This document shows, in pieces, positions 16,921 to 25,441 of a stretch of DNA of 27,095 bases. Positions within the stretch are counted from its first letter, which is position 1. Each line of letters opens with the position of its first letter. Position numbers and translations under genes: made by a program. The notes beneath the pieces are model-generated. The model saw only the letters and a program-made list of their open reading frames with translations. It was not told where the DNA came from and did no database searches. This DNA comes from Acidobacteriota bacterium. Its GTDB lineage: Bacteria > Acidobacteriota > Vicinamibacteria > Vicinamibacterales > UBA2999. The stretch covers positions 1 to 27,095 of the forward strand of contig CANJYC010000001.1 of NCBI GenBank assembly GCA_947478985.1. The letters are read 5' to 3'.

Positions 16921-17855
16921 GCGGCGTTCCGTTCCACGACGTCCAGGAACACGTCTTCAAGCGACGGCTCGATGAGTGAACACTCCGCGGCCGTGACGCC
17001 CACGGCAGCCAGCCGCGCCGCGAGCGCGGCAGGCCCCAGCGTGTCGCCCCGCAGGACGGCATGCACGGCGGTCCCGAAGATGCTGGTCTTCTCCACCTCC
17101 GGCATCGCGTCCAGCAGGCGCATGGCCTCGACGGGTTGTCCCGCGCGGACCTCCACGATCGGCCGTCCCGCAAAGATCCCCTTCAGCTCGCTGACCGTGC
17201 CGAGCGACGCCAGCTTCCCGGCCTGGATGATGGCGATGCGGTGGCAGTGCTCGGCTTCGTCGAGATAGTGCGTGGTGACAAGCACGGTGATGCCGGTGCG
17301 CGCGAGCTCGTCGATCAGCCGCCAGAAGCGCCGCCGCGAGAGCGGGTCCACGCCGCCCGTCGGCTCGTCGAGAAACACGATCGGCGGCTCATGGAGAATG
17401 GCGCACCCGAGGGCCAACCGCTGCCGCCATCCGCCCGAGAGCGCGCCGGTCTTCATCGACTCCCGGCCGCGAAGGTCGGCCATGTCGAGGACGAACGCCC
17501 GCCGCGACGCGAGGCGATCACCCGTGAGGCCGTAGATTCCGCCGAAGAACGCGATGTTCTGATCGACGGTGAGGTGCTCGTACAGCGAAAAGCGTTGCGA
17601 CATGTAGCCGATGCGCCGCTTCACCGCCTCCGGGTCGTGACCTACGTCAATGCCGCCGACGCGTGCCGTGCCGGCGGTCGGACGCAGCAGGCCGCAGAGC
17701 ATCCGGATCGTCGTGGACTTGCCGGCGCCGTTGGCGCCGAGAAAGCCGAAGATTTCCCCCTGCCGCACGTCGAACGTCAGATCGTTGACCGCGACGAACC
17801 CGCCGAAGCGACGGACGAGGTTCCGGACCTCGATGGCATTGGTGCCCGTGCTCAC
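16917..17855 (-). CDS. ABC transporter ATP-binding protein (consensus NBD, similar to the YbhF C-terminal half)
   Basis: Walker A GANGAGKS, LSGGW, VFLDEPT, H-loop TTHY. Confidence 0.95.
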   Translation of the reverse strand: MSTGTNAIEVRNLVRRFGGFVAVNDLTFDVRQGEIFGFLGANGAGKSTTIRMLCGLLRPTAGTARVGGIDVGHDPEAVKRRIGYMSQRFSLYEHLTVDQNIAFFGGIYGLTGDRLASRRAFVLDMADLRGRESMKTGALSGGWRQRLALGCAILHEPPIVFLDEPTGGVDPLSRRRFWRLIDELARTGITVLVTTHYLDEAEHCHRIAIIQAGKLASLGTVSELKGIFAGRPIVEVRAGQPVEAMRLLDAMPEVEKTSIFGTAVHAVLRGDTLGPAALAARLAAVGVTAAECSLIEPSLEDVFLDVVERNAA

Positions 17856-19219
17856 TGTCCGAGCGCGCGGTCGAGCCGCGCCTCCGAGAAGCGCACGCCG
17901 GCCATGGCCCGCGTCCGATCGAGCTCCGCCTGCAGCAGTGCGAAATCAGCGTCGAGCACCTCCGTCTGCGTGGCCACCCCGGCCTTGTAGCGCTCGGCGA
18001 CCACGCGCTGCGCCTCGGTCGCGGCGCGGACCCCGTCCTGTGCGGCGACAATGGCCGCGCGCCCGGAATCAATCTCGAGCTGACGCTGACGGATTTCCAG
18101 GGCCAGTTGCGAGTCGAACTCCTCGAGACGCTGCCGCGCGGCTGTGGTCATGCTCGCGGCCTGCGCCTTCTCGGCGCGGACGCGGCCCCAGTCCCAGACC
18201 GCCCAGGACACCTGCACGCCGAGGTCCCACGATTCCTGCCATGCTCCGGCCCGGGGAAAGATCCGCGGATTCGGCCTGGCATAGTCCAGGCCGCTGACCA
18301 GCGCAACGAGCGGCCTGGCGCCCGCTCGGGCCGCGACCTGCTGCTCCTCCGCCGCGACGATTCGTTGCTCGATGGCCTTTCGCTCGTTGCGGGAGGCCTG
18401 CGCCTGCACAACCAGCGCCGAGGCCATCTGCGAAGACGGCGCCGCGCTGTCGAGCACCGCCGCGGGTTCAAGCGCCGGACCGGAGAGATCTCCGCCGATG
18501 AGGCGCGCCAGCTCAGCCGACGACATGTCCCGCTGGTTGCGCGCCTCGATGAGCAGCATCCGCTGCCGCGATTCCTGCGCTTCGCTCGACGCGACGTCGT
18601 TCGGCGGGATGAGGCCCACCGTCAGGCGCTGCCGCACGTCGGCCAGATGCGCCTGCTCCCGCGCGACGGCCTGCTCGAGCACCGTGACCGTTGCACGTGC
18701 GGTCACCAGCGACCAGAAGGCGCGCGCCACCTCGAGCCGGAGGTCGCCTCGCGCGGCCGCCACATCCGCCGCCACCGCCGACGCCTCGGCCCGCGCCGAA
18801 CGTTCGAGCGCATCGGCACGCCCGCCGGTGTAGATCGGCCACTGCAGATCAATCCGCGTCCTGGCGTTATTCGGAATGTCCGGATAGATCACGCGAGGGA
18901 CGCCCGTCGCGCTTGGCACCGTGAACTCGGCGACGTGATTGGTGCGCGTGTAGCCGGCGGATGCTGTCAGCAGCGGCTGATCCGCGGCCACCCGCACAGC
19001 CACGGCACCTTCGGCCGCAGCCTGCCGCGCCCGCGCCTCAGCGAGACGATGGCTTGCCTCGACGGCTCTCGCCTGTGCCTCCGCCAGCGTGATCGGCACG
19101 GCGGGCGCGCCCTGTGCGCCGGCTGGTGCCGCGCAGCAGAGGGCCTGAAGCACCAGCGCACCACGCACCGCGTATCCCGCGTGGCCGAACGTTCTCCGAA
19201 TCATCGTGGTGGCATTCAT
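17852..19219 (-). CDS. TolC-family outer membrane efflux protein
   Basis: Signal peptide, ITLAEA..RA, L.WPIYTGG, V..AFW.L, WDLGVQVSW.VWDWG, ERYKAGVATQTEVLDA. Confidence 0.92.
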   Translation of the reverse strand: MNATTMIRRTFGHAGYAVRGALVLQALCCAAPAGAQGAPAVPITLAEAQARAVEASHRLAEARARQAAAEGAVAVRVAADQPLLTASAGYTRTNHVAEFTVPSATGVPRVIYPDIPNNARTRIDLQWPIYTGGRADALERSARAEASAVAADVAAARGDLRLEVARAFWSLVTARATVTVLEQAVAREQAHLADVRQRLTVGLIPPNDVASSEAQESRQRMLLIEARNQRDMSSAELARLIGGDLSGPALEPAAVLDSAAPSSQMASALVVQAQASRNERKAIEQRIVAAEEQQVAARAGARPLVALVSGLDYARPNPRIFPRAGAWQESWDLGVQVSWAVWDWGRVRAEKAQAASMTTAARQRLEEFDSQLALEIRQRQLEIDSGRAAIVAAQDGVRAATEAQRVVAERYKAGVATQTEVLDADFALLQAELDRTRAMAGVRFSEARLDRALGQ

Positions 19220-20145
19220 GACTTCGTGGCCTCGTGTGCGAGCTGAGCAATGAACACATCCTCGAGCGACGGCGCGACCGACCGCACCGCGGCGTCCTGC
19301 AGCGGAGTCCCGTGGAGCGCCTGCTCGAATCGCGCCAGGGCCGCGTCGCTCGTGTCGCCGAGCGTGACGTGAAGACGTTCGCCGAACACCTGCGCGTCGT
19401 CCACCCCGGCCATGCGTCGGATCGTCTCGACGAGTGCGGCCGCACGGGGAGCCATCACTTCAAGGAGTCGACCAGGCATCCGGGCGCGGATCCGCGCCGG
19501 CTCATCGCAGGCCAGCAGGCGCCCCTCGTGCAGCAGGGCCACGCGCGAACAGCGCTCCGCCTCGTCGAGGTAGGGCGTCGACATCAGGATCGTGATCCCG
19601 TGTGACAGGAACTCGGACAGCAGTTTCCAGAATTCCCGACGCGACACTGGGTCAACGCCGGTCGTGGGTTCGTCGAGCAGAATCAGCTCGGGCTCATGTA
19701 CGAGCGTACAGGCGAGCGCGAGCTTCTGCTTCATGCCGCCGGACAGCTGATCGGCCCGACGCGCACGAAAGGGCGTCAGCTGGGTCATCGCGAGCAGTTG
19801 ATCGCGCCGCGCCCGGTAATCCCGCACACCGTGCAGTTCGGCGAAGAAGGCGACGTTCTCGTCAATGGTGAGATCGCCGTACAGGCTGAAGCGCTGCGAG
19901 AGGTAGCCGATCTTTCTCGTGACGGCCCGGTGCTCGCGCACGGGATCGTGGCCGAGCACGCGCACCTCGCCGCTATCGGCGTGCAGGAGGCCGCACATCA
20001 CGCGGATCAAGGTGGTCTTACCCGCGCCGTCGGCACCAATCAGCCCGAACATGTCTCCACGCGGCACCTCGAGCGACAGGTCCGTGAGTGCCGGCGTGGT
20101 CCCGTACCGCTTGACCAGCTTCGTCAGCTGGATGGCGACGCTCAC
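19216..20145 (-). CDS. ABC transporter ATP-binding protein (H-loop-degenerate NBD, similar to the YbhF N-terminal half)
   Basis: GADGAGKT, LSGGMKQK, ILLDEPT. H-loop reads STPY (His replaced by Pro). Confidence 0.95.
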   Translation of the reverse strand: MSVAIQLTKLVKRYGTTPALTDLSLEVPRGDMFGLIGADGAGKTTLIRVMCGLLHADSGEVRVLGHDPVREHRAVTRKIGYLSQRFSLYGDLTIDENVAFFAELHGVRDYRARRDQLLAMTQLTPFRARRADQLSGGMKQKLALACTLVHEPELILLDEPTTGVDPVSRREFWKLLSEFLSHGITILMSTPYLDEAERCSRVALLHEGRLLACDEPARIRARMPGRLLEVMAPRAAALVETIRRMAGVDDAQVFGERLHVTLGDTSDAALARFEQALHGTPLQDAAVRSVAPSLEDVFIAQLAHEATKS

Positions 20146-21164
20146 GGCAGTGCGAGCTCGGCGTCGACCGGCATGCCCTGCTTCAACACGCCGGCGCGAT
20201 TGTCGACGGTCACCTTGATGCGGTAGACGAGGCGCGACCGTTCGTCCGCGGTCTGCACGTTGCGCGGCGTGAACTCGGCGCGTGGCGAGATGTAGCTGAC
20301 CTTGCCCGCGATCCCCGCGCCGCCGCCGTCGGTGTAGATGGTGGCCGCCTGTCCCAGCGTCACGCGCGGAATCATCGGCTCGGGCACGAACAGATTCGCC
20401 CAGGCGTGATCGAGGTCGGTCACGATTAGAATCGCGGCCCGAGGCGGCACGAGCTCTCCAGTGTCGGCGAGCTTCTGTGTCACGGTGCCGGCCACGGGCG
20501 TGGCTACCTCGGCATCCTTCAGCGCCTTCTCGAGCACGGCGAGCTGCGCATCAGCCCCGGAGACGCGCGCGAGCGCCCCGTCGATTTCCTCCGGCCGTGC
20601 ACCCAGACGCAACCGGGCGAGCAGTTCCCGCGCGCCGCGCACGCGCGCCTGCGCCGCGGTCTGCCGCTCACGCATGGCCTCCACGCGCCCCTGTGCATCG
20701 TCCCGCTGCTTCTGCGATCCCGCGTTGGCGGCCAGCAGCTGCTCGAAACGCTCCAGGTCCATCTCTGCGTACTGCAGTTCCGCGCCGAGCGCATTGACCT
20801 CCGCCTCGGTGCCATCGACCTGGGCCTGCACCTGGCGGAGATCCTGAATGAGGGAACCGGCACGAAGCAGACGCAGCTGCGCATCTGCAGCCCGGCGCTC
20901 AGTGCGCACACGGGCGATCTGCAGTTCGGTGTCGCGCGTGTCGAGCCGCGCGATGACGTCACCACGGCTGACCCGTGCGCCCTCATCGGCGCGCAGTTCG
21001 AGCAGGCGGCCGCCGACCTCGGGAGCGACCTGGACCTCGGTCGCCTCGATATTGCCTGACACGCGGAGCCGGCCATCGGGTGGGGGCTGGCGGCATGCGC
21101 TGAGGGCGGACAGCAGAGCCAGGGTCAGGATCATCGGTGATCCGCGGAGCGATCTCGTCGTCAT
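20142..21164 (-). CDS. HlyD/YbhG-like periplasmic adaptor, lipoprotein
   Basis: Lipobox LSAC, VSGNIEATEV, long coiled coil, ISPRAEFTPRNVQT.DER.RLVYRIKV, LKQGMP. Start ATG 21164 after GGAAGG. Confidence 0.92.
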   Translation of the reverse strand: MTTRSLRGSPMILTLALLSALSACRQPPPDGRLRVSGNIEATEVQVAPEVGGRLLELRADEGARVSRGDVIARLDTRDTELQIARVRTERRAADAQLRLLRAGSLIQDLRQVQAQVDGTEAEVNALGAELQYAEMDLERFEQLLAANAGSQKQRDDAQGRVEAMRERQTAAQARVRGARELLARLRLGARPEEIDGALARVSGADAQLAVLEKALKDAEVATPVAGTVTQKLADTGELVPPRAAILIVTDLDHAWANLFVPEPMIPRVTLGQAATIYTDGGGAGIAGKVSYISPRAEFTPRNVQTADERSRLVYRIKVTVDNRAGVLKQGMPVDAELALP

Positions 21165-21274
21165 ACGTCCTTCCACAACATCAAATGAACACGGGGCCGC
21201 ACGCGGCTAGTTTAGTGCGCGGGTGTATGGGCGTGGGAGTGCGAGGCGCGGCCAGCGGCCAAGGTGCGGGACGG

Positions 21275-21964
21275 CTACCGGGCGAACCGGGTCAGCGCCT
21301 CGAGCCAGGCAGACACGGGCGACGGCGGACGCGGCACGGCGCCGTCGAGCACGATCTGGCGCATCTCGAGTCGCTTGCCGTAGAAGCGTTCGTTGGCGTC
21401 GCGGTCCTGGCGCACGGTGCTGCCATTGACGGTCACGCCCGCAAACAGCCCGCGTGCCCGCGAGTAGCTGAGGATCTGCGCGCGCATCTGCAGGTCGGTT
21501 GCCGCCTGCGCGTCCCGACCGACCGGGCCGGCCGCAACCGAGGCGTCGGCACCGAGCTTGAACTGATTGCGGACGAGGTTTTCGACGCCTCGACGATCCG
21601 AGATGACCAGGATGATGTCGGTGGCCTGCGCGCCAATCTGCAGGCCGAAGCTGCCGCCGGTGAGGGTGAGGAAGGCCGGCGCAGACCACCCGGATGCGTT
21701 CCGAGCGCTCAACACGCCTCGACCACGCATCCCGCCGATACCGAGGCCCACCTTGACGGTGCTCGGAAAGATCGCGATCCCGGCTGCCTTGCCGAGGATG
21801 GCACGGGGAATTGCCTTGTCTTCAGCGGCCATGATCTCGCCGAAGATGGTCGTGGCCTCGCGCAGGCGCTGCGCTTCCGCGCTGGTCTTCTGCGCCCGAA
21901 GGGATGGCGTGTGGAGAAGCAGGGCCGCGACCATCGCCACGGCTGCCAGGCGTGCATGCGTCAT
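21275..21964 (-). CDS. Secreted lipid-binding SYLF (Ysc84-like) domain protein
   Basis: Signal peptide, IP..IL.KA.GIAIFP, GG..GRGV, WSAPAF..L.GGSFG.QIG, LGADASVAAGPVGR, SYSRARGLFAGV. Confidence 0.92.
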   Translation of the reverse strand: MTHARLAAVAMVAALLLHTPSLRAQKTSAEAQRLREATTIFGEIMAAEDKAIPRAILGKAAGIAIFPSTVKVGLGIGGMRGRGVLSARNASGWSAPAFLTLTGGSFGLQIGAQATDIILVISDRRGVENLVRNQFKLGADASVAAGPVGRDAQAATDLQMRAQILSYSRARGLFAGVTVNGSTVRQDRDANERFYGKRLEMRQIVLDGAVPRPPSPVSAWLEALTRFAR

Positions 21965-21966
21965 GG

Positions 21967-23229
21967 CTAGATGATAGCCGGAGCGCCCCCACGGAAATCG
22001 CCACCGAGAATCGTCGTCGAGTTCACGCCGAGCCAGTTGTCGAGGACCCGCGCATACACGGAGCGGAAATCGGTCTGATAGCGCACGTCCCCGCCGTTGT
22101 TCTCGAGCGTGGCATTCCCCGGATCGGGATCGAGCGACGGCGCGGTCCCGTAGAGACCGCCTCGCACGCCGCCACCCATGGCCATCATGACGCCAGCGGC
22201 GCCGTGGTCGGTCCCCTGACTCCCGTTCTCGGTAATGCGGCGGCCGAATTCGGAAAACTGCAGAATGAGCGTGTCGCCAAGCAACCCCTGATTGCGCAGG
22301 TCCACGTAGAACGCCTGCAGGCCGTCGCCGACAGTCCCCATCAGGTTCGCGTAGGCGCCGGTGCCGGCGTTGCCCTGGGAGGCGTGCGTATCAAAGCCGC
22401 TGGTCTGCACCCAGAAGACACGCGTGCCCACGCCGCGTACGATGGCCCCGGCCACGGTCTTGAGCGCCAGCGCAAAACCGTTGTTCTGATACGCGGTCGT
22501 GCCGTTGTAGGCCGCCACCGTTGCCACGCGGTCGAGCGTGGCCATCGCGGCCTGGGCGCTGGTATTCACGAACGAGAGGTGCGGACGATCCTTCGGCTGG
22601 TTGGCCGCGAGCCGTGTCGCGGCGGTGCGCTCGTTGGCCGCCTCGGTCCCCGTGTTCGGGCTCGAGAAGGAATACGTGCGCGCATCAGGAATTGCCGGCA
22701 CCGGCACGGCGTCACTGAAGAGCGCCCGCGGTGTATCGCGTCCGGAGTTCCAGCCCGCGAGCGGATCGACCGGCGACGGAAGCGTTTCCAGATATTTTCC
22801 GAGCCAGCCGTCACCGGAGGTCGACGCCGGGTTGGCGGTGCCCCAGATGTCGAACCCCTCAAAGTGCGACCGGCTTGAATTCTGATAGCCGCTGCGCTGC
22901 ACGATGGCCAGACGCCCGTCGTTGAAGATGTCACGCAGGCCCGTGAGCCGCGGGTGCAGGCCCAGCGCGTGACCGGCGGAGTCGGACCCGATCTGCAGGA
23001 CCTGACCGGCAGGCACGGCGATGTTCGGCCGGCGGCTGTAATAGAACGGGTCCAGATAGGGGATGACGGTATTCAGCGCGTCGTTGCCGCCACCGAGGTA
23101 CACGATGACCAGGTTGCGGGCACGGGCGCTCTGCGCGCGCGCGATGTCCGACAGGAACGCCGGCGCGGCGAAGCCCACCGTGAAGGCGGTCACGCCACTG
23201 CCGATGAACGTGCGACGGGAGACCTTCAT
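21967..23229 (-). CDS. DUF1501 family protein with Tat signal
   Basis: SRRTFIG twin-arginine motif, YLGGGNDALNTVIP, RSHF, GFDTHASQ, SEFGRR..ENGSQGTDHG, DFRSVY. SD GGAGGA. Confidence 0.9.
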   Translation of the reverse strand: MKVSRRTFIGSGVTAFTVGFAAPAFLSDIARAQSARARNLVIVYLGGGNDALNTVIPYLDPFYYSRRPNIAVPAGQVLQIGSDSAGHALGLHPRLTGLRDIFNDGRLAIVQRSGYQNSSRSHFEGFDIWGTANPASTSGDGWLGKYLETLPSPVDPLAGWNSGRDTPRALFSDAVPVPAIPDARTYSFSSPNTGTEAANERTAATRLAANQPKDRPHLSFVNTSAQAAMATLDRVATVAAYNGTTAYQNNGFALALKTVAGAIVRGVGTRVFWVQTSGFDTHASQGNAGTGAYANLMGTVGDGLQAFYVDLRNQGLLGDTLILQFSEFGRRITENGSQGTDHGAAGVMMAMGGGVRGGLYGTAPSLDPDPGNATLENNGGDVRYQTDFRSVYARVLDNWLGVNSTTILGGDFRGGAPAII

Positions 23230-23244
23230 GGATTCCTCCGCTGA

Positions 23245-24708
23245 CTAGACAAGCTGGTACTCCGACGATCCGACAATCAGACGCGCCAGCCCCGGGGCCC
23301 GGGCGTTGAGCTGCGCATCCGAACCCGTCCAGGTGCCGCCGCTGCGCAGATAGGACAGCAGCTCGGACGAGCTCTGGCTGTCGTAGGGCGCGGGCGAGAA
23401 GCGGCCCAGGAAATACGCCAGCACCCTGTCGGCGGAACTGCGCGACGCCGCAGCGTCACGCGCGAGATTGAATTTCTGATTCGACGCGAGCGTGGCGGCG
23501 AAGTTCATGCGCGACAGCATCGCGCCGGTGGCGAACCAGGTCTTTCCCAGATTCCAGCCGCTGACGTCCGGCGGCTCCAGCAGCGTCTGTCCCATGTTGG
23601 TCAGAGGCGTTCGCGCGGAATCAACCGAGAAGCCGGCCCAGCCGGTCTCCTTGATAGCGCGCGTGACGAACTCCACCGGCCACGAATACCGCGCGTTGTA
23701 CCGCGATGCCTCGCCGAACCAGGGTGATTCAAAGATGTAACGCACAACGGCGCGCATGTCGGTGTTGTTCTGGGCGTAGACGCTGGCTACGTTCTGCAGA
23801 AAGCCTTCCTCGGGCTCATCGGTCTCGCTCACGAAGTAGTTCCAGAGCTTGCCGGCGAGCCTGCGGGCCGTCTGCGGATGACGCGCGAGCGCGTTGATCA
23901 GGTCGATACCGTCCTGCATCCCGTCGGCGGCGGCGCGCGCCGGGATCGTGCGGCCGCCGTTGGCGTAGATCGGAAATGTGAACGTCTTGGCCGTCAGCTC
24001 GTGCTGGTTCGCGTTGAAGACGAACTGGTAATACGAGTTCGGATCCTGATTGTTGCCGCCGCCGGCGAGGGCAATGTTCCAGCCGGTGAAGACGCGCGCA
24101 GCCGCGTAGACATCCTGCTCGGTGTAGTTCCCGACGCCGAACGTGAACAGCTCCATGATCTCGCGGCCGAAGTTCTCCTGAGGGCGCGCGCGGACGTTGA
24201 GCCGGCCATCAAGAAACACCAGCATCCCTGGGTCCTTGGCCACCTCGAGCAGGAGGTCGCGGAAGCTGCCGAGTGCAAACTGGCGGAACAGCTCGATCTG
24301 GCCCTGCGGACCGGGCAGCTCACCGGACTTCTGCGCCAGCATCTTCGTCGCCTGGATGTTGCCGACGACGCCGCCAATCTTGGTATAGGCGTTGGCGAAG
24401 TGGTTGTGCCAGAAGAGCGCCATCTTCTCCTGCAGCGGCCGCCGGGTGTGCACCATCCGGAAGAGCCACCGCTGCCGGGCGTCGTCGATGATCGTGTTGG
24501 GCGAAAACGCTCCACCACGCGTCGCGACCCCAACGTAGGCACTGTCCCCGATGAATCCGTCGACGTCATCGGGCTGCCGCTCAAAATTGACCAGATAGTC
24601 GATGAGCGCTGGAACCGACATGCTGCCGAGACGCGTCCGCTCGTCCGGGCTCATACCGAACCCGGCCCGCCGGAGCAGGTGTTCGACCTGTGGGTTATTG
24701 CCTGCCAT
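23245..24708 (-). CDS. DUF1800 family protein
   Basis: HLLRRAGFG, PLQEKMALFWHNHFA, PQENFGREIMELFT.GVG.YTEQDV..AARVFTGW, PPDVSGW, S.EYQL. No signal peptide visible. Confidence 0.92.
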   Translation of the reverse strand: MAGNNPQVEHLLRRAGFGMSPDERTRLGSMSVPALIDYLVNFERQPDDVDGFIGDSAYVGVATRGGAFSPNTIIDDARQRWLFRMVHTRRPLQEKMALFWHNHFANAYTKIGGVVGNIQATKMLAQKSGELPGPQGQIELFRQFALGSFRDLLLEVAKDPGMLVFLDGRLNVRARPQENFGREIMELFTFGVGNYTEQDVYAAARVFTGWNIALAGGGNNQDPNSYYQFVFNANQHELTAKTFTFPIYANGGRTIPARAAADGMQDGIDLINALARHPQTARRLAGKLWNYFVSETDEPEEGFLQNVASVYAQNNTDMRAVVRYIFESPWFGEASRYNARYSWPVEFVTRAIKETGWAGFSVDSARTPLTNMGQTLLEPPDVSGWNLGKTWFATGAMLSRMNFAATLASNQKFNLARDAAASRSSADRVLAYFLGRFSPAPYDSQSSSELLSYLRSGGTWTGSDAQLNARAPGLARLIVGSSEYQLV

Positions 24709-24740
24709 CGGGAATCTCCAGAACTATCCTTGTCCGCCTG

Positions 24741-24780
24741 CCGTCACTTACTGTCACAAATTCGACCACTGGATCACAAT
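24741..24780. promoter_or_regulatory. Phased 10-bp direct repeats (TCAC core), candidate transcription-factor site
   Basis: CCGTCACTTA CTGTCACAAA ttcgaccact GGATCACAAT, with TCAC at 24744, 24754 and 24774. Confidence 0.4.
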
Positions 24781-24865
24781 ATCGGCCGATCTCCGGCCGT
24801 AAATACGGCAATCGCTTGCCAGGGTCTGACCACCTGCGATTCCCCTGCCATACCGCCGGGGCGGA

Positions 24866-24894
24866 TGGACGATCCGCGCGGGGGCCACTATCCT
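24866..24894 (+). promoter_or_regulatory. Candidate leaderless promoter of the VOC gene
   Basis: TGGACG (24866-71), 17 nt, TATCCT (24889-94), 7 nt to ATG 24902. No SD. Confidence 0.5.
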
Positions 24895-24901
24895 AGCGGA
24901 C

Positions 24902-25402
24902 ATGGTTGCCAAGAAGAAGGCCCGTCCCCCCGCCCGCCCGACCATGACGCCGGCCCGGGCGCGCCGAGCACGCACCGTCCCCCTCAAGGAGACCGCGCGC
25001 GGCGGCAGCGGGCTCGCCCCCGGGATGCAGGCGCTCAACAGCTACCTTGCCGTGGCGAACGTCGGGGCCTCGCTCGACTTTCTCGAGCGCGCCTTTGGAT
25101 TCGTTCGTGGGGTGACCCTGGCCGACCCGGATGGCCAGCTGCGGTATGCGGAGATGCGCCACGGCAACTCCGTGGTGATGCTGATTCGCAAGGGGGATGA
25201 CGCGACCGCCACCGGCGGCGCGGCGGCGCTCTACACCTATGTCAACGACGTGGACCGCGCGCTGGCCCGCGCGCGTGAAGCCGGGGGCGGCACCGGTGAT
25301 GCGGAGGATAAGGCCTGGGGAGATCGGGCGGCCACCGTCACCGATCCCGACGGCTATCGGTGGGTGCTCGCCACGTTCAAGAAGCTCGCGCCGTTTGGAT
25401 AA
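24902..25402 (+). CDS. VOC/glyoxalase family protein (PhnB-like) with a basic N-terminal tail
   Basis: SYLAV.N...SLDF...AFG, RYAEM..G.S.VML, LY.YV.DVD....RA..AG, WGDR...V.DPDGYRW. Confidence 0.88.
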   Translation: MVAKKKARPPARPTMTPARARRARTVPLKETARGGSGLAPGMQALNSYLAVANVGASLDFLERAFGFVRGVTLADPDGQLRYAEMRHGNSVVMLIRKGDDATATGGAAALYTYVNDVDRALARAREAGGGTGDAEDKAWGDRAATVTDPDGYRWVLATFKKLAPFG

Positions 25403-25406
25403 GTAA

Positions 25407-25434
25407 GCGGTAGGCAGTGGGTACTGCCTACCGC
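25407..25434. terminator. Perfect 12-bp hairpin between convergent genes, made of the same repeat unit
   Basis: GCGGTAGGCAGT (25407-18), loop GGGT, ACTGCCTACCGC (25423-34). Lies between TAA 25402 and the stop at 25442. Confidence 0.7.
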
Positions 25435-25441
25435 CGTCTTC

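Noticed and set aside
19190-19219. Twin-arginine-like IRRTF in the TolC signal peptide
   Set aside because: Outer membrane barrels are exported unfolded by Sec, so the match is probably chance.
17061-20226. Plus-strand ORFs opposite the ABC operon (17061-17990, 18107-19246, 19696-20226)
   Set aside because: Mirror frames of conserved ABC and TolC genes; no independent evidence.
21165-21274. Riboswitch or operator upstream of the ABC operon
   Set aside because: Only a possible -10 (TAAACT, 21214-21209) and a weak TCA-TT-TGA dyad; no recognisable aptamer.
24741-24760. Canonical Pho box upstream of DUF1800
   Set aside because: The half-sites resemble CTGTCA but the period is 10 bp rather than the 11 bp of PhoB boxes; kept only as a generic direct repeat.
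23878-25200. 440-aa plus-strand ORF across DUF1800 and the intergenic region
   Set aside because: Antisense shadow of DUF1800 running out of frame into the VOC gene; no recognisable domain.
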